20,000 bases of DNA from Gonapodya sp. JEL0774 (taxonomy: Eukaryota), in contig JADIIX010000002.1 in the NCBI GenBank assembly GCA_027604505.1, positions 370,364 through 390,363 on the forward strand. Reading direction: 5' to 3'. Under the pieces are notes generated by a model. The model saw nothing but the letters and a program-made list of their open reading frames with translations. It had not been told where the DNA came from and searched no databases. Below, piece after piece: positions 19,988 through 20,000 of the stretch. Within the stretch, counting starts at the first letter, position 1; every line of letters begins with the position of its first letter. The position numbers and the translations under genes were made by a program.

Positions 19988-20000
19988 GGGGGGGGGGGGG
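19988..20000 (+). repeat. Poly-G homopolymer run (at least 13 nt, truncated by window end)
   Basis: Seen directly at the end of the window, about 110 bp upstream of the 7TM-RGS ATG. Confidence 0.9.

Noticed and set aside
1..20000. Prokaryotic-type systems (CRISPR array, operons, defence genes), transposons, rRNA/tRNA
   Set aside because: No spacer-separated direct repeats, transposase or RT motifs, terminal repeats or RNA-gene signatures were seen; the sequence is explained by spliced eukaryotic genes.

Overview
Gene-dense, intron-rich eukaryotic DNA with short introns of about 55-230 nt. It is most likely from an early-diverging (non-Dikarya) fungus such as a chytrid or monoblepharid; this is inferred from gene content and style, not from a database search. 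Exons were stitched by hand from splice signals and reading-frame continuity. Minus strand, in order: the 5' part of a DNA-PKcs (PRKDC) orthologue running off the left edge; an Hsp70 nucleotide-exchange factor (Fes1/HspBP1); an F-box-like protein; and an unusual STE20-family kinase. The kinase has a CRIB-like motif directly before a non-RD (HHD) catalytic domain, apolipoprotein-like 11-mer amphipathic repeats and a hydrophobic C-terminus. Plus strand: two weakly supported hypothetical genes and a proline-rich protein with several PPxY motifs and repeated NRxSV motifs. Minus strand again: a C2H2 zinc-finger protein and a 7TM-RGS fusion protein. No rRNA, tRNA, CRISPR array or transposon was recognised. 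The kinase architecture is the strongest novelty candidate.
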